Source: a virus
Taxonomy: Duplodnaviria; Caudoviricetes
IMG/VR virus record: IMGVR_UViG_3300032309_001150
Span: 1 to 54,146 of that record
Strand: one strand, 5' to 3'
DNA: 54,146 nucleotides
Shown here: piece after piece, positions 1 to 8,990 of the stretch
How positions within the stretch are numbered: position 1 is the first letter of the stretch
Layout of the letters: each line of letters begins with the position of its first letter
Translations under genes and position numbers: made by a program
Notes under the pieces: model-generated
What the model was told of the DNA's origin: nothing
Databases searched by the model: none
Seen by the model: only the letters and a program-made list of their open reading frames with translations

Positions 1-24
1 CTGCGCCTCTGCTTGCGCTTTTGC
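1..24. repeat. 24-nt terminal direct repeat (identical to 54123-54146), circular assembly overlap
   Basis: ctgcgcctctgcttgcgcttttgc at both ends; it is also one unit of the AKAQAEAQ coding repeat. Confidence 0.9.
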
Positions 25-1347
25 TTGTGCCTCTGCTTGAGCTTTTGCTTGTGCATCGGATCTAGCTTTTGCCTCTTCCCGCTCTATGGCTTGTTGGGCT
101 TCCCAAGCGGCTTTGGAATAAGCATCTGCCTCTGCTTGTTTTCGAGCTTGTTCTGCTTTTTGCTCTTCGGCAACCATTTGCTTTGCTTGATTTACAGCCT
201 CATCGTTTATTTTCTGATTTAGTTCGGCTTCGGTTGTTTTGACGGCGGTATCGTATTTTTTGGCATTCTCATCAAACTCTTTCATAAGGCGGTTGTATTC
301 TTCGTTTTGCGCAACGAGATCCGCATCAGCCTTATCAGAGGCCGCTTTCAATTCGTTGACGCCAGTTACCCTTGCCGCTTCATCCCAAGTTTTTTGCGTG
401 CTCTCAAACTGCGCAACTCGTTTTTCGTAAGCCGCTTTGTAACCCTCTAAACTTGTATAGGCTTGCGCAACTTGCGCCTCGGTGTAACCGGGCGGAATTC
501 CTTGATACTTCTCAACCAGTTGCGACATTTGCTCCGCTTTTATATACGCATTGCGATAATTTTTTGCGTCATTTTCTAAAGCCAATGCTGACCTGTCTGC
601 GCTATCTGTTGCCCAACTAATTTTTTTCAAACCAGCGGCAAGGGCGGCTTTTGCGGAATCAGCAGTTTTTTGTATAGCTTGTAATGTTGTTGATTGCGTT
701 GTCAACTTATCAAAAGAAGTGCGCACCAAATTGCTTGCGTATGTAACAGCCGCCGCGCTTACAATTGCCTCACCAACAGGTTTGCCTTGCAAGATTGCAT
801 TGGTTGCGGCGCTGGTTGAGTTAGCAATAATTTTTGTAGATACAAGTTTGGGATCTAAACCATAGCCGCCTTGCGAAACTGGCTTGGTCAGTGTCGCCCC
901 AATGTACCCGCCAACAGCACCGCCAATTGCCGCCTTTGCAATTTGCTCTTTGGTTCCGCCGCTCAGCGCGGTCATGGCGGCGCTTCCAGAAGAACTGATG
1001 AGCACTTGCTTCCAAGTGCTTTGTGCGACGCCGGGCACGGTGTTCAAATAACCCATACCCAAATTCAAAACAGCCTTCTTCCAGTCACCTCCGTTGGCAA
1101 CGGTCACGATTGCTTGTGCCACGTTGTAGGGAACCCCCATAAACGTCAGCGCTAACGTCTCTAGCATTGGCAGGGGATTTTTCAACACCGCCTTTACTGA
1201 TGCGGCAACAGTGTCTGCCACACCCTTAATAATGTTGCCGACTTTTTTTACTGTTGTTACAACAGCTTGTCCAATTCCACTGACAACCTTACCAATAAAA
1301 TTGCCAACGCCACTGACGAATTTTTTTGCTTTGCTCCAAAAACTCAT
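1..1347 (-). CDS. 5' part of a ~796-aa putative internal virion/ejection protein that spans the circular join (continues 54122-53079); missing from the ORF track
   Basis: ATG at 1347 overlaps the upstream stop (ATGA). Frame is open to base 1: MSFWSKAKKFVSGVGNFIGKVVSGIG..., Gly/Ala-rich hydrophobic helices, then coiled coil ending in AKAQAEAQ repeats. In frame with 53079-53699 after joining the 24-nt terminal overlap. Confidence 0.75.
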   Translation of the reverse strand, partial: MSFWSKAKKFVSGVGNFIGKVVSGIGQAVVTTVKKVGNIIKGVADTVAASVKAVLKNPLPMLETLALTFMGVPYNVAQAIVTVANGGDWKKAVLNLGMGYLNTVPGVAQSTWKQVLISSSGSAAMTALSGGTKEQIAKAAIGGAVGGYIGATLTKPVSQGGYGLDPKLVSTKIIANSTSAATNAILQGKPVGEAIVSAAAVTYASNLVRTSFDKLTTQSTTLQAIQKTADSAKAALAAGLKKISWATDSADRSALALENDAKNYRNAYIKAEQMSQLVEKYQGIPPGYTEAQVAQAYTSLEGYKAAYEKRVAQFESTQKTWDEAARVTGVNELKAASDKADADLVAQNEEYNRLMKEFDENAKKYDTAVKTTEAELNQKINDEAVNQAKQMVAEEQKAEQARKQAEADAYSKAAWEAQQAIEREEAKARSDAQAKAQAEAQAKAQAEAQ

Positions 1348-1772
1348 GGTTGTTCTCCTTCGTCAGAAAGAAGGACGTGCAATTCTTTTTCTTCTTTACC
1401 CTTGTGGTTGTTGATTGATTCTCCAACATTCACAAGAAAGCCAGCCTCCTCTAACAACCGCACAGTCAACGGGTTGTCAGCATACGATTGAAAATGTTTG
1501 AATCCTGCCTTCTGAAGAGCCTTAGCAAATTCGACATACGCTTCTGCGCGAACGCGTGGAGGATCAATACTGAACACTGGGCCAGCGGCAACCGCTTGCT
1601 CTTTGTCGGCAATCTCGTAAAGCAAAAACGTATTGTTTGTTCTAAACGTGCGATAGTTTTCAGTGTCACGAATCATCTGGCTGATGGTGAGGTAGACGTG
1701 ATGCCAAGATCCAGAAAACATCTTGGTTGCGTTTGCACGCATGACAATGTCTTGGGTTGTTGCGCGTTTCAT
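1344..1772 (-). CDS. putative GNAT-fold protein preceding the ejection proteins
   Basis: C-terminal ADNPLTVRLLEEAGF resembles GNAT motif B; position between tail and internal virion genes. Confidence 0.45.
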   Translation of the reverse strand: MKRATTQDIVMRANATKMFSGSWHHVYLTISQMIRDTENYRTFRTNNTFLLYEIADKEQAVAAGPVFSIDPPRVRAEAYVEFAKALQKAGFKHFQSYADNPLTVRLLEEAGFLVNVGESINNHKGKEEKELHVLLSDEGEQP

Positions 1773-2029
1773 TCCGACCTCGGATTAACAGCGCCAACCA
1801 AGGCGGTCGCCCAAACTTCCCAGTCATCGTAGGATGATGTGCTGGGGATGGCTTCGTTGGTAAATACGTCGATGGCTATCAAGCCATTACCCCAAGCCCT
1901 CCAGTCAGTTGTGCTGTCTGGAATTGCAAGCTGATTGGCGGCGTACAGTTCACACATGAGAGACGCCCACGATTCGAACGTGTGGTTTCTGGGGTCGTAG
2001 ACCAAGCCAATTGGATTACTCGTAGCCAC
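1769..2029 (-). CDS. hypothetical Trp-rich virion-region protein
   Basis: 86 aa, overlaps both neighbours in the tail operon. Confidence 0.7.
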   Translation of the reverse strand: MATSNPIGLVYDPRNHTFESWASLMCELYAANQLAIPDSTTDWRAWGNGLIAIDVFTNEAIPSTSSYDDWEVWATALVGAVNPRSE

Positions 2030-4010
2030 GAACGTCTCCTATTGCTCCGCTTAGGAGCACTTTACCAAGTTGATAGTTACCGCCAGCAATGTTCGAAACA
2101 AACCGCAAACGCAATTCGCGGCGTTGTTCTTTCATGTCGATCTTGCCTGTTGTTGGCGAGAACTCGAATGCGTCAGAGATTTTGTCTTGGCCTTGCGCGT
2201 ATGGTCGGCCAATCACATACAGTTCCATAACGCCAGTTTGGATAAAGTCGGGCTCTACGCGCTCAAGACGCAACCATCTGTTTACGCCAACCATTGCAGG
2301 CTCTGATGGCCCGCCAGAAACCCATCCCAAATCAGATGTTTCAAAAAAACTTGATATGGCGTTGACGCTGGTGTCTTGTATGGAGTCAACACCAACCTCG
2401 TGTTGCCACAATGACGTAAACGTCATCACCTTGTTGATTGTGATTTGCAGGCCAGATCCTGCTGGTATTGTTGCGCTAAGTATGTCGCCAACCGTGTAGC
2501 CAGTTCCCCGATTGTTGATTGTGACACTGGTGACCGTTCCGCCAGCAACCACGATGGTGGCAGTTGCTCCAGATCCTGTTCCGCCAGTCAATGCTGTGTA
2601 AGTGTATGTTCCGTTGGTATACGAGGAGCCGCCAGCGGTTAACGTAATTAAATTGACGCCGCCAGAAGCATTTGTATCGTATCCCGCCAAAACGGGATAG
2701 GGAAATACTTGCGAAAAGTATCCCGCGCATCTTTGAGCGCCTAACGCTTGACCAGCGTCGTACCAACATTTTTCGCGCACGTTGTAAATGACCGCGTCGG
2801 TGCATTCTGTGGCTTGGCCTCGTGGGTAATACCACCAGATTTCACCGTACCTTGGCACTTTCATAGCAAAGACCTTTTGTCTCTGCGCATAGTTCAGATT
2901 GTCAAAAAAGTAGTTTTGGTTGAAGCTGTTTTGTATCTCTTGAACCGTACCAGCGTATGCCAAGAATCGGTCAATGCCACACCAGTAGTAGATGCCGTCA
3001 TACTCAATCACGCTTTGCGAGGACATGATTGAAGTTTGCGAGGAGATGATGTCATATCGCCAATAGAACGTGCTGGATGTTGCGCCGACGGTCACTGTTG
3101 TTGGTGTGTAGCTGACTCGGATCAATGAGTCCAGCGACCAAAATAATCCTGACGGCGCGTTAGATCCCCCGCGAACTGGCAGTCCTTTGACTATCTTTGT
3201 GCCTGTGATGTTGGTTGCGTTGGCCGTAACACCAACCCAGTCATTCAAATTACCGCCAGCAGAGTTGCGAATTAGGCCAAAGTTCCCATACACAAACAGG
3301 TAGGGATACAACATGACAGCGCCACCAGACACGCTGACGTTGTTATTGACAGTAAGCGTAATGCTTCCAGATCCAGTAGCGGCGGCAGACATCACAAAGG
3401 TGGTTGCGTTGGTAACAGATGCAACGGTTGCGCCAGATGGAATATTAGTCCCAGACAAAGTCTGTCCAATACCCATAAGCGCTGTTGAAGTCACCGTAAC
3501 AGTTGTCGTTGCGTTTATTGTGGCCGCCATCGTAAAAACGCCAACAGCGGACATCGTAGTACCCGACGTTGCGCCAAACAACACAGGCGTGTTTACACTG
3601 TTATCAATTGCGGTTAGGTTTTGACCGGGGTGCGCAATCAAGGTTTCCAACCCGTTACCGCCAGCGTCAAATACCGTGTCAAACTGCCATAAGTTGTTGT
3701 CGTTTGCGGTGAAGTTGGACAGGGTGAAATCAATAATACCTGCGCCAACGCCAAGCTGATTGATGGTCAGGCTTTGAACGCCGTCACTGTATCCGTTGTA
3801 AATAACATTGAAGGCGTTCCTTGGGCTAACAAAAAGGCCACGAGAGGGGCCCGCAAGCGAACTGGTGATCTGGTTATAGCCACCTATTTTTCTTGGCCGA
3901 CCACGTTGAAACCTAACCCATTGACCATCGGTGTAAAAGTTCATGTCAAACTTCGTCCCATCCCGCTGGATGCCGGGTTTGGTTTGGATCAAAAAGACCT
4001 TTTCGGTCAT
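2016..4010 (-). CDS. tail nozzle/tubular-type structural protein with inserted Gly/Thr-rich beta repeats
   Basis: 664 aa, beta-rich; WVRFQRGRPRKIGG N-terminus, EIWWYYP, inserted AGGSSY/NRGTGY repeats; tail context. Confidence 0.6.
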   Translation of the reverse strand: MTEKVFLIQTKPGIQRDGTKFDMNFYTDGQWVRFQRGRPRKIGGYNQITSSLAGPSRGLFVSPRNAFNVIYNGYSDGVQSLTINQLGVGAGIIDFTLSNFTANDNNLWQFDTVFDAGGNGLETLIAHPGQNLTAIDNSVNTPVLFGATSGTTMSAVGVFTMAATINATTTVTVTSTALMGIGQTLSGTNIPSGATVASVTNATTFVMSAAATGSGSITLTVNNNVSVSGGAVMLYPYLFVYGNFGLIRNSAGGNLNDWVGVTANATNITGTKIVKGLPVRGGSNAPSGLFWSLDSLIRVSYTPTTVTVGATSSTFYWRYDIISSQTSIMSSQSVIEYDGIYYWCGIDRFLAYAGTVQEIQNSFNQNYFFDNLNYAQRQKVFAMKVPRYGEIWWYYPRGQATECTDAVIYNVREKCWYDAGQALGAQRCAGYFSQVFPYPVLAGYDTNASGGVNLITLTAGGSSYTNGTYTYTALTGGTGSGATATIVVAGGTVTSVTINNRGTGYTVGDILSATIPAGSGLQITINKVMTFTSLWQHEVGVDSIQDTSVNAISSFFETSDLGWVSGGPSEPAMVGVNRWLRLERVEPDFIQTGVMELYVIGRPYAQGQDKISDAFEFSPTTGKIDMKEQRRELRLRFVSNIAGGNYQLGKVLLSGAIGDVRGYE

Positions 4011-5257
4011 TAGAAAGTTCCCCCGCTGACACCAGTAGTAAAGTTTCCTGAACCAGTAATAGCAAGGCCAGTGGCGGTTGTGTTGGAAATCAAGCTTCCA
4101 AGAATGGAGATACCAAGCTGGCCGCCGCCGGGGCGGTAAATGCCAGTGTTTGCTTCGGACGCAAAATACAGCGATGGGTTTGAGGCAGAGCCGTTGACCA
4201 TTGCAACTACAGAGCCGCCAACAGTTGTTGTGTTTGCATTAAAAAAGTTTGTGCCATCGCAAACTACGGTTGCTTGCGTGTTGCTGGGCACAGATACCGT
4301 TAGGCCAGTTGTCGTGCCAACAGTCAGGGTGTAAGCGCCCGTAGTCTGGTTGCTAATAACGTACAAGTTCACAACAGGCGGAAAATAAACCGTCACGTTG
4401 CCAGTCAATGCTCCCGTGTAAGACTGAATGGTGTTTGATGCCTCAGATGCGGTCAACGTGTATGTTCCGCTTACAACAGGCTTTGTCAGCGCGGTAAAGG
4501 TGAATTGAGTGCTGACGCCGTAACCAACGGTCACATAGGATGTGCCTGTGCAGATAATGAACGCCGAGTCTCCGGGGGCAAACAACTTTGCCGATGACGT
4601 TCCATCCAACAATTCACTGCTGGTAGTGCCCAACGACAGCGTGCCAGTGCCGTTGTTCTTCAGCAAAGCAAACCAGTTTGCGCCTAGCGTTGATGCCAAC
4701 GGCAAGGTAACCGTTCCAGCGCCACCAGATGTTGGCCACACCTGAACTTGCGCCCGATCTGCCGTAGTGAACGTATATCCATTTACCAGAGATATTGTCG
4801 GATGGCTTTGGTTGAGGGTCAAACCACTTGCAAGCAGGCCGTACCCAGCAAGGGTCGCCGCATCAGCGGATGATGTGCCAGCGCCAAATGTAAATACGCC
4901 CCAAACACCGTTGGTGGTGCTGTTGTTGGTTAGATAGATGTATTGGGCGGTTCCTGCGGCAACGGTGACAATTGTTGTGCCGCCTGTGGTCTGCACCGCC
5001 AGTGCAGTTGCGCCAGTGTTTCTGATGAGCGCGTCAGTTCCAACAGAAGCCTGCGAAGCTGGCGGCATTTTCAAAGCATAGGACGTCGAGGTCGTGGTGA
5101 CGTCCATGATGCGGGCGGCCACATTGTTTTCGTCCGAACCGTTTGCAGGCCAAACTAATTGCAAGCTTCCGGTGCTTGAAGTAAGCGCATAGGAAACGTA
5201 GCTGACGTCCGTTGGAACAACGACGTCGCCAGTGAATGGGGAGATGTATGAGGTCAT
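4010..5257 (-). CDS. tail structural protein
   Basis: 415 aa, Thr/Gly/Ser-rich beta protein between tail genes. Confidence 0.6.
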   Translation of the reverse strand: MTSYISPFTGDVVVPTDVSYVSYALTSSTGSLQLVWPANGSDENNVAARIMDVTTTSTSYALKMPPASQASVGTDALIRNTGATALAVQTTGGTTIVTVAAGTAQYIYLTNNSTTNGVWGVFTFGAGTSSADAATLAGYGLLASGLTLNQSHPTISLVNGYTFTTADRAQVQVWPTSGGAGTVTLPLASTLGANWFALLKNNGTGTLSLGTTSSELLDGTSSAKLFAPGDSAFIICTGTSYVTVGYGVSTQFTFTALTKPVVSGTYTLTASEASNTIQSYTGALTGNVTVYFPPVVNLYVISNQTTGAYTLTVGTTTGLTVSVPSNTQATVVCDGTNFFNANTTTVGGSVVAMVNGSASNPSLYFASEANTGIYRPGGGQLGISILGSLISNTTATGLAITGSGNFTTGVSGGTF

Positions 5258-5889
5258 GAGTCAAGTGCTACAGCTTGGCGGTCACCAACCCGCTGTTTAT
5301 CTTCTTCCTTCAAGGTGGTGACGATTTGCGTGTACTGTGCTTGCCACATTTGCATCCGCTCATCGTTCTTGAGGAAAGGCATAGCCTGCAACAAAGTCCC
5401 GTACAACATGGCCTGCGGCGCATATTGCGTGAACCAGTTTGTTTGGTTTGTTGAGTCCAAGGGTTGAACCCGCTCGTAATACACAACCTCCATGCTGTAG
5501 GCCGAATCAGGTGTTGGGGCGATCAACCAGTGGGTGTAATCGTAATCAGCGTAGTATTTTGGCGCGTCAGTCGCGGTTGTGCTGGGCCAATACTCACGCA
5601 GGTATTCGTACTTGCGCAAGAAAATTGGGGTACGCTCACCGTTGACAATCATGGTCATAGATACCGTTTTGTGCCATCTGGCTGGCTTTGGCAAAATAGA
5701 TTGGGTGGGAGTCAAGGTTACGGAGCCAACATTGATGTTGCCCAAAAACTTCAGTTCTGCGGCCAGCACCTGCTCGGCCAACATGATGAAGGTCGGGATG
5801 TAGGCAATTGTGGCGGCGTCAGTGCGCTCCAAGTAGGCTTCGACGCTGGAAACCAAATTGTCATAGGTCTGAGCCACTGCTGTTGTCAT
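5254..5889 (-). CDS. tail tubular/adaptor protein
   Basis: 211 aa; IPTFIMLAE, PKYYA, IAPTPD, LYGTLLQA motifs typical of podovirus adaptor-like proteins. Confidence 0.6.
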   Translation of the reverse strand: MTTAVAQTYDNLVSSVEAYLERTDAATIAYIPTFIMLAEQVLAAELKFLGNINVGSVTLTPTQSILPKPARWHKTVSMTMIVNGERTPIFLRKYEYLREYWPSTTATDAPKYYADYDYTHWLIAPTPDSAYSMEVVYYERVQPLDSTNQTNWFTQYAPQAMLYGTLLQAMPFLKNDERMQMWQAQYTQIVTTLKEEDKQRVGDRQAVALDS

Positions 5890-5908
5890 AACCCCTTGCC
5901 TTTCATGG

Positions 5909-5931
5909 AAAAAGCCCCCTGTTACGGGGGC
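5909..5931 (-). terminator. intrinsic terminator after the endolysin
   Basis: GCCCCC-6nt-GGGGGC hairpin followed by T5 on the minus strand. Confidence 0.65.
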
Positions 5932-5952
5932 ATTTTAGTTGTCAATTGGACT

Positions 5953-6381
5953 TTAGGCAAACGCTCTTGTGCCCTGCTTGTCAATAATTAGGGCCATATT
6001 GCGTGGCTCTGCGTCTTTGGTGTTGGGGATCGAGATGTGCGTCCAGCGGTCAAACTCGCGGATGACCTGATCGTAGGGTAATTCCGCGTTAATGATGGCG
6101 GTTACAACCTCGTTTGGGGTCATTCCTTTGACGCGGAAATCGCAGGCAGTCCCATGCCGATGCTGTGATCGGTCGCTTGAACCCACTGCACGGTTTACCT
6201 CCGCACTGCGAAACGCGCTATTTACGATGATCTCGCGGCCACCCAAGACCTCGCGAACTTGCTCCAAGAACTCAGCTAACCGAGTCAGATTTGCCAATTC
6301 GGCGTCGTTGGGCTCGTTGTCAAACTCACGGTGATCTGTGTGGGTAAGTTCCTCGAGGGTGAAGTGTTCGGACAAATTCAT
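5953..6381 (-). CDS. endolysin, peptidase M15A family (Zn D-Ala-D-Ala peptidase fold)
   Basis: LSEHFTLEEL, SAFRSAEVNRAVG, SQHRHGTACD, WTHIS zinc-ligand motifs. Confidence 0.9.
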   Translation of the reverse strand: MNLSEHFTLEELTHTDHREFDNEPNDAELANLTRLAEFLEQVREVLGGREIIVNSAFRSAEVNRAVGSSDRSQHRHGTACDFRVKGMTPNEVVTAIINAELPYDQVIREFDRWTHISIPNTKDAEPRNMALIIDKQGTRAFA

Positions 6382-6839
6382 TTGATGCCTTTCTGCGATT
6401 CAATCGCTTGGTTGTACAGGAATATGCAAGCATTCAGCTTGGAAATGGCGCGGTCGCCCTCCTCTGCTATTGCGAAAAGAGCTTTTCCAGCCTCTGGACT
6501 AAGTTCGGCTGATGCTTCTCCTCCACCACCTCCGCTGGGAGTGGTGGGATCTGCGGGGGCTGATATTGGGCAGGACGCTTTGAGGCGCAACCGCAAAGCG
6601 CCAGAGTCAATAGCAAGATCACGCTCCTTGGCGGCCAGTTTAGCTTTTTCATTTGTCTTCCTCAATGCGTTTGTGGTTGCAGTCAAGGCGTTGTCAAGCG
6701 CCTGTTCTTTGGCTCTAGCTTGGGTATTGAGACGGTCAATCTCAAGTTGCTGGGCTTCAGCTTCAACGTGCTTGCCGTAGTAATACCCGCCGCCAAAGGT
6801 CAGCAACAGGGTAATCAAGGCTGAAAATAGGCCCTTCAT
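6378..6839 (-). CDS. Rz: i-spanin (Rz-like)
   Basis: N-terminal TM helix, coiled coil, LRLRLKASC hinge, C-terminal helix; adjacent to the endolysin. Confidence 0.8.
   Translation of the reverse strand: MKGLFSALITLLLTFGGGYYYGKHVEAEAQQLEIDRLNTQARAKEQALDNALTATTNALRKTNEKAKLAAKERDLAIDSGALRLRLKASCPISAPADPTTPSGGGGGEASAELSPEAGKALFAIAEEGDRAISKLNACIFLYNQAIESQKGIK
6467..6652 (-). CDS. Rz1: o-spanin lipoprotein (Rz1-like) embedded in Rz in another frame
   Basis: signal peptide with lipobox LCGC and Pro-rich mature part, fully nested in Rz. Confidence 0.8.
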   Translation of the reverse strand: MKKLNWPPRSVILLLTLALCGCASKRPAQYQPPQIPPLPAEVVEEKHQPNLVQRLEKLFSQ

Positions 6840-7159
6840 GGCTTTGGCGGCTCGTCAATGTCGTTGGCTTCGGCCTTGGCTACCGCGTTGGCTACGGCTT
6901 TAATGCCTGACCGACCAGCCACACCACCCAGAACGCCCGTGATAAACACCATGATGGTGGAGATCTGTTGCGTGTAAACCTTGTCAATTGGAGCCATGCC
7001 TGCCATTGGCTGGGTGACGTAGGTCACCGAGTACAGGAATGCGGCAACCGACCCGAACAAGATCAAAACCAAAATGATGATAACAAAAGCCCAAACGCGG
7101 ACTTCAATTTCTTCTGCGGTCAGGCGGTTGTTTGTTTTGTAGGCAACGGTAGGCATCAC
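6836..7159 (-). CDS. putative holin (2 TM helices)
   Basis: 107 aa, two hydrophobic segments, charged C-terminus, in the lysis cassette. Confidence 0.6.
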   Translation of the reverse strand: MMPTVAYKTNNRLTAEEIEVRVWAFVIIILVLILFGSVAAFLYSVTYVTQPMAGMAPIDKVYTQQISTIMVFITGVLGGVAGRSGIKAVANAVAKAEANDIDEPPKP

Positions 7160-7350
7160 TTTTTCTCCTGTTCAGATTTTGTTAGTTGCTCTGGGCATGT
7201 GCCCGTGGCGGTGCAAATTGGAGGCTTGCACTCGGTGTTATTCCAGTTTGTTGGGTCTTGGCAAGGGTAGCGAAAACGGTCTTCGCACCCTGTCAAACAC
7301 AGGATTGTCAGCAAAAGAATCAGGCTCTTTGTCACGTTGCTTCCTTTCAA
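7156..7350 (-). CDS. small Cys-rich lipoprotein
   Basis: lipobox LTGC followed by four more Cys (YPCQDP, ECKPPIC, TGTCP). Confidence 0.7.
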   Translation of the reverse strand: MKGSNVTKSLILLLTILCLTGCEDRFRYPCQDPTNWNNTECKPPICTATGTCPEQLTKSEQEKK

Positions 7351-7606
7351 TCTGTCTTCTCAATCGTTCAAGCTTTTCGGTCTGCACCTTGACCTCATTT
7401 TTTGCATCCAGAATGTCCAAGTACAGCATGCCGCCCAAGGGTAGCAACAGGGCAATCAACACACAGCAAGCGATCCAGCCCAAGATTTCTTCCCCTATTT
7501 CTTGATGAACAGAAACCACATCCAGATGTACAGGAGGAATATTGCCGTTACTGCTAGGTACGCTTCTTTGAGCAGGAACTGTCTTCTTGCCTCCCTGCGT
7601 CGCCAT
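7238..7606 (-). CDS. membrane-anchored coiled-coil protein
   Basis: TM segment ILGWIACCVLIALLLPLGGMLYL then charged helix; overlaps both neighbours. Confidence 0.55.
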   Translation of the reverse strand: MATQGGKKTVPAQRSVPSSNGNIPPVHLDVVSVHQEIGEEILGWIACCVLIALLLPLGGMLYLDILDAKNEVKVQTEKLERLRRQIERKQRDKEPDSFADNPVFDRVRRPFSLPLPRPNKLE

Positions 7607-8172
7607 GCCTTGTACCTTTCTTTTGCCTCTTGGTCTTTTCTGGCTCCCTCTTGTTCCTTCATGATGGTGTCCCGCATCTTGAACACCTTGCTGTACAGCG
7701 CACCCATTTCAGGTGGGCTTTGGTACACCATCGTTTCCCTGATCGTCACTTCCAACGCCGCCATCTGATCCAACGCCATGACCCGCTTTAGCGCGGCTTC
7801 CATGTAATTTTGATTGGGGTCGTAGACGGTCTTTGACTTTTCTTCCTCTTCCCGTATGTGGTTTGCCAACTGTTCCTGAAGCCTGAAAAACTCGGTGAGG
7901 TGCTTGACCACGCCGACCATAATTTCAGTTTCATTGACAGCTACATACTTTTCCTTCTTTTTCGCCACAGGCTGGACTGCGTCTGATTTGGCGGGCTTGG
8001 CTCCGAAGAGCCGCCCCCAAAAAGACTGTACCTGCTGGGCATCTCCGACAATCTCATCAATCGTGGACTTGACCTCCATGAAGCTGGACTTGGCCTGCTT
8101 GTAGAGGTCGCATCCTTCCTTGATGGCGGCAACGCAGGCGTTGGCGGCAAAGAGAATGGTGATCGGGTCAAT
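7495..8172 (-). CDS. helical protein with C-terminal TM helix (start at ATT 8172 or ATG 8079)
   Basis: frame is open 31 codons upstream of the called ATG: IDPITILFAANACVAAIKEGCDLYKQAK; C-terminal hydrophobic helix. Confidence 0.65.
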   Translation of the reverse strand: MDPITILFAANACVAAIKEGCDLYKQAKSSFMEVKSTIDEIVGDAQQVQSFWGRLFGAKPAKSDAVQPVAKKKEKYVAVNETEIMVGVVKHLTEFFRLQEQLANHIREEEEKSKTVYDPNQNYMEAALKRVMALDQMAALEVTIRETMVYQSPPEMGALYSKVFKMRDTIMKEQEGARKDQEAKERYKAWRRREARRQFLLKEAYLAVTAIFLLYIWMWFLFIKK

Positions 8173-8367
8173 TTATAGCCCCAATAACTTCTTGGCGAAC
8201 TCGCCAGCAACGCCGGGGCCAAACAGCACGCACAGAATCACCGCGTACAGCAGATACTCAATCTTGGTCATGCGCTTGTCGCCGTCACGCAAAGATCGGT
8301 CGATACTGTTGTATCGCTCGGCGCAAACGGCTTCGTGCACGGCCAAATTGGTTTCAACGTCGCTCAT
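8173..8367 (-). CDS. small membrane protein (holin/antiholin-like)
   Basis: LAVHEAVCAERY coiled segment plus one C-terminal TM helix. Confidence 0.6.
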   Translation of the reverse strand: MSDVETNLAVHEAVCAERYNSIDRSLRDGDKRMTKIEYLLYAVILCVLFGPGVAGEFAKKLLGL

Positions 8368-8543
8368 GGTTGGGGCTCCTCAGCCGCTGATTGAGCCTGC
8401 TGGGCAAGCGCTTGCGCCTGCTGGACGTCAACGGCTTTTTGGATCATTGCCATCAACTGATAAACCTCTTGGTACGGGCGCGTGCCCAAGTAGCCAACGA
8501 TGTCGTTTGCGTTTTCTAGCGTGAACCAAACTTTTTCAATCAT
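8364..8543 (-). CDS. hypothetical protein, 59 aa (not in ORF track)
   Basis: MIEKVWFTLENANDIVGYLGTRPYQEVYQL...; fills the gap, ATGA overlap downstream. Confidence 0.7.
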   Translation of the reverse strand: MIEKVWFTLENANDIVGYLGTRPYQEVYQLMAMIQKAVDVQQAQALAQQAQSAAEEPQP

Positions 8544-8556
8544 GACAATTCCTTCG

Positions 8557-8988
8557 TTATTCCAATGTTGGCCATTGCGGGTTATCGACTATCGGGATCA
8601 AGTCAGCAACGGATTCGGCTTGCATTATTGCTGAAACCAACCGCTCGGCTTCTGCGCGGGCTTGGCTTCTTACAGCGACAATTTTTTCTGGAACCTCTTG
8701 GCCTGTGTCCATCTTTCGCAACAGCGCCCAATCTGTATCGCACAAAAAACCAGCCATTCTTGCTTTGGCTTGCCTGATAAAATATGGGCGCAATGTTTCG
8801 ATTGGTTTGTAAACGCCAACTTTTTCAAAAAAGCGAAAATCAAACGGCTCTGGGTCTGGCACTTCTGTGATGCCAACAGCATTTTTTTCTTCTAGCGATG
8901 TCAGTCGCAACCAGTTGGCAGGATACGATGTATCGCCAATTACAAAAGGTGTGTCAATATTTAATTGTTGCCCGTTCAACATGAACAT
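8557..8988 (-). CDS. tail fibre assembly chaperone-like protein
   Basis: YPANWLRL and LCDTDWALLR motifs directly downstream of the fibre gene. Confidence 0.65.
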   Translation of the reverse strand: MFMLNGQQLNIDTPFVIGDTSYPANWLRLTSLEEKNAVGITEVPDPEPFDFRFFEKVGVYKPIETLRPYFIRQAKARMAGFLCDTDWALLRKMDTGQEVPEKIVAVRSQARAEAERLVSAIMQAESVADLIPIVDNPQWPTLE

Positions 8989-8990
8989 TT

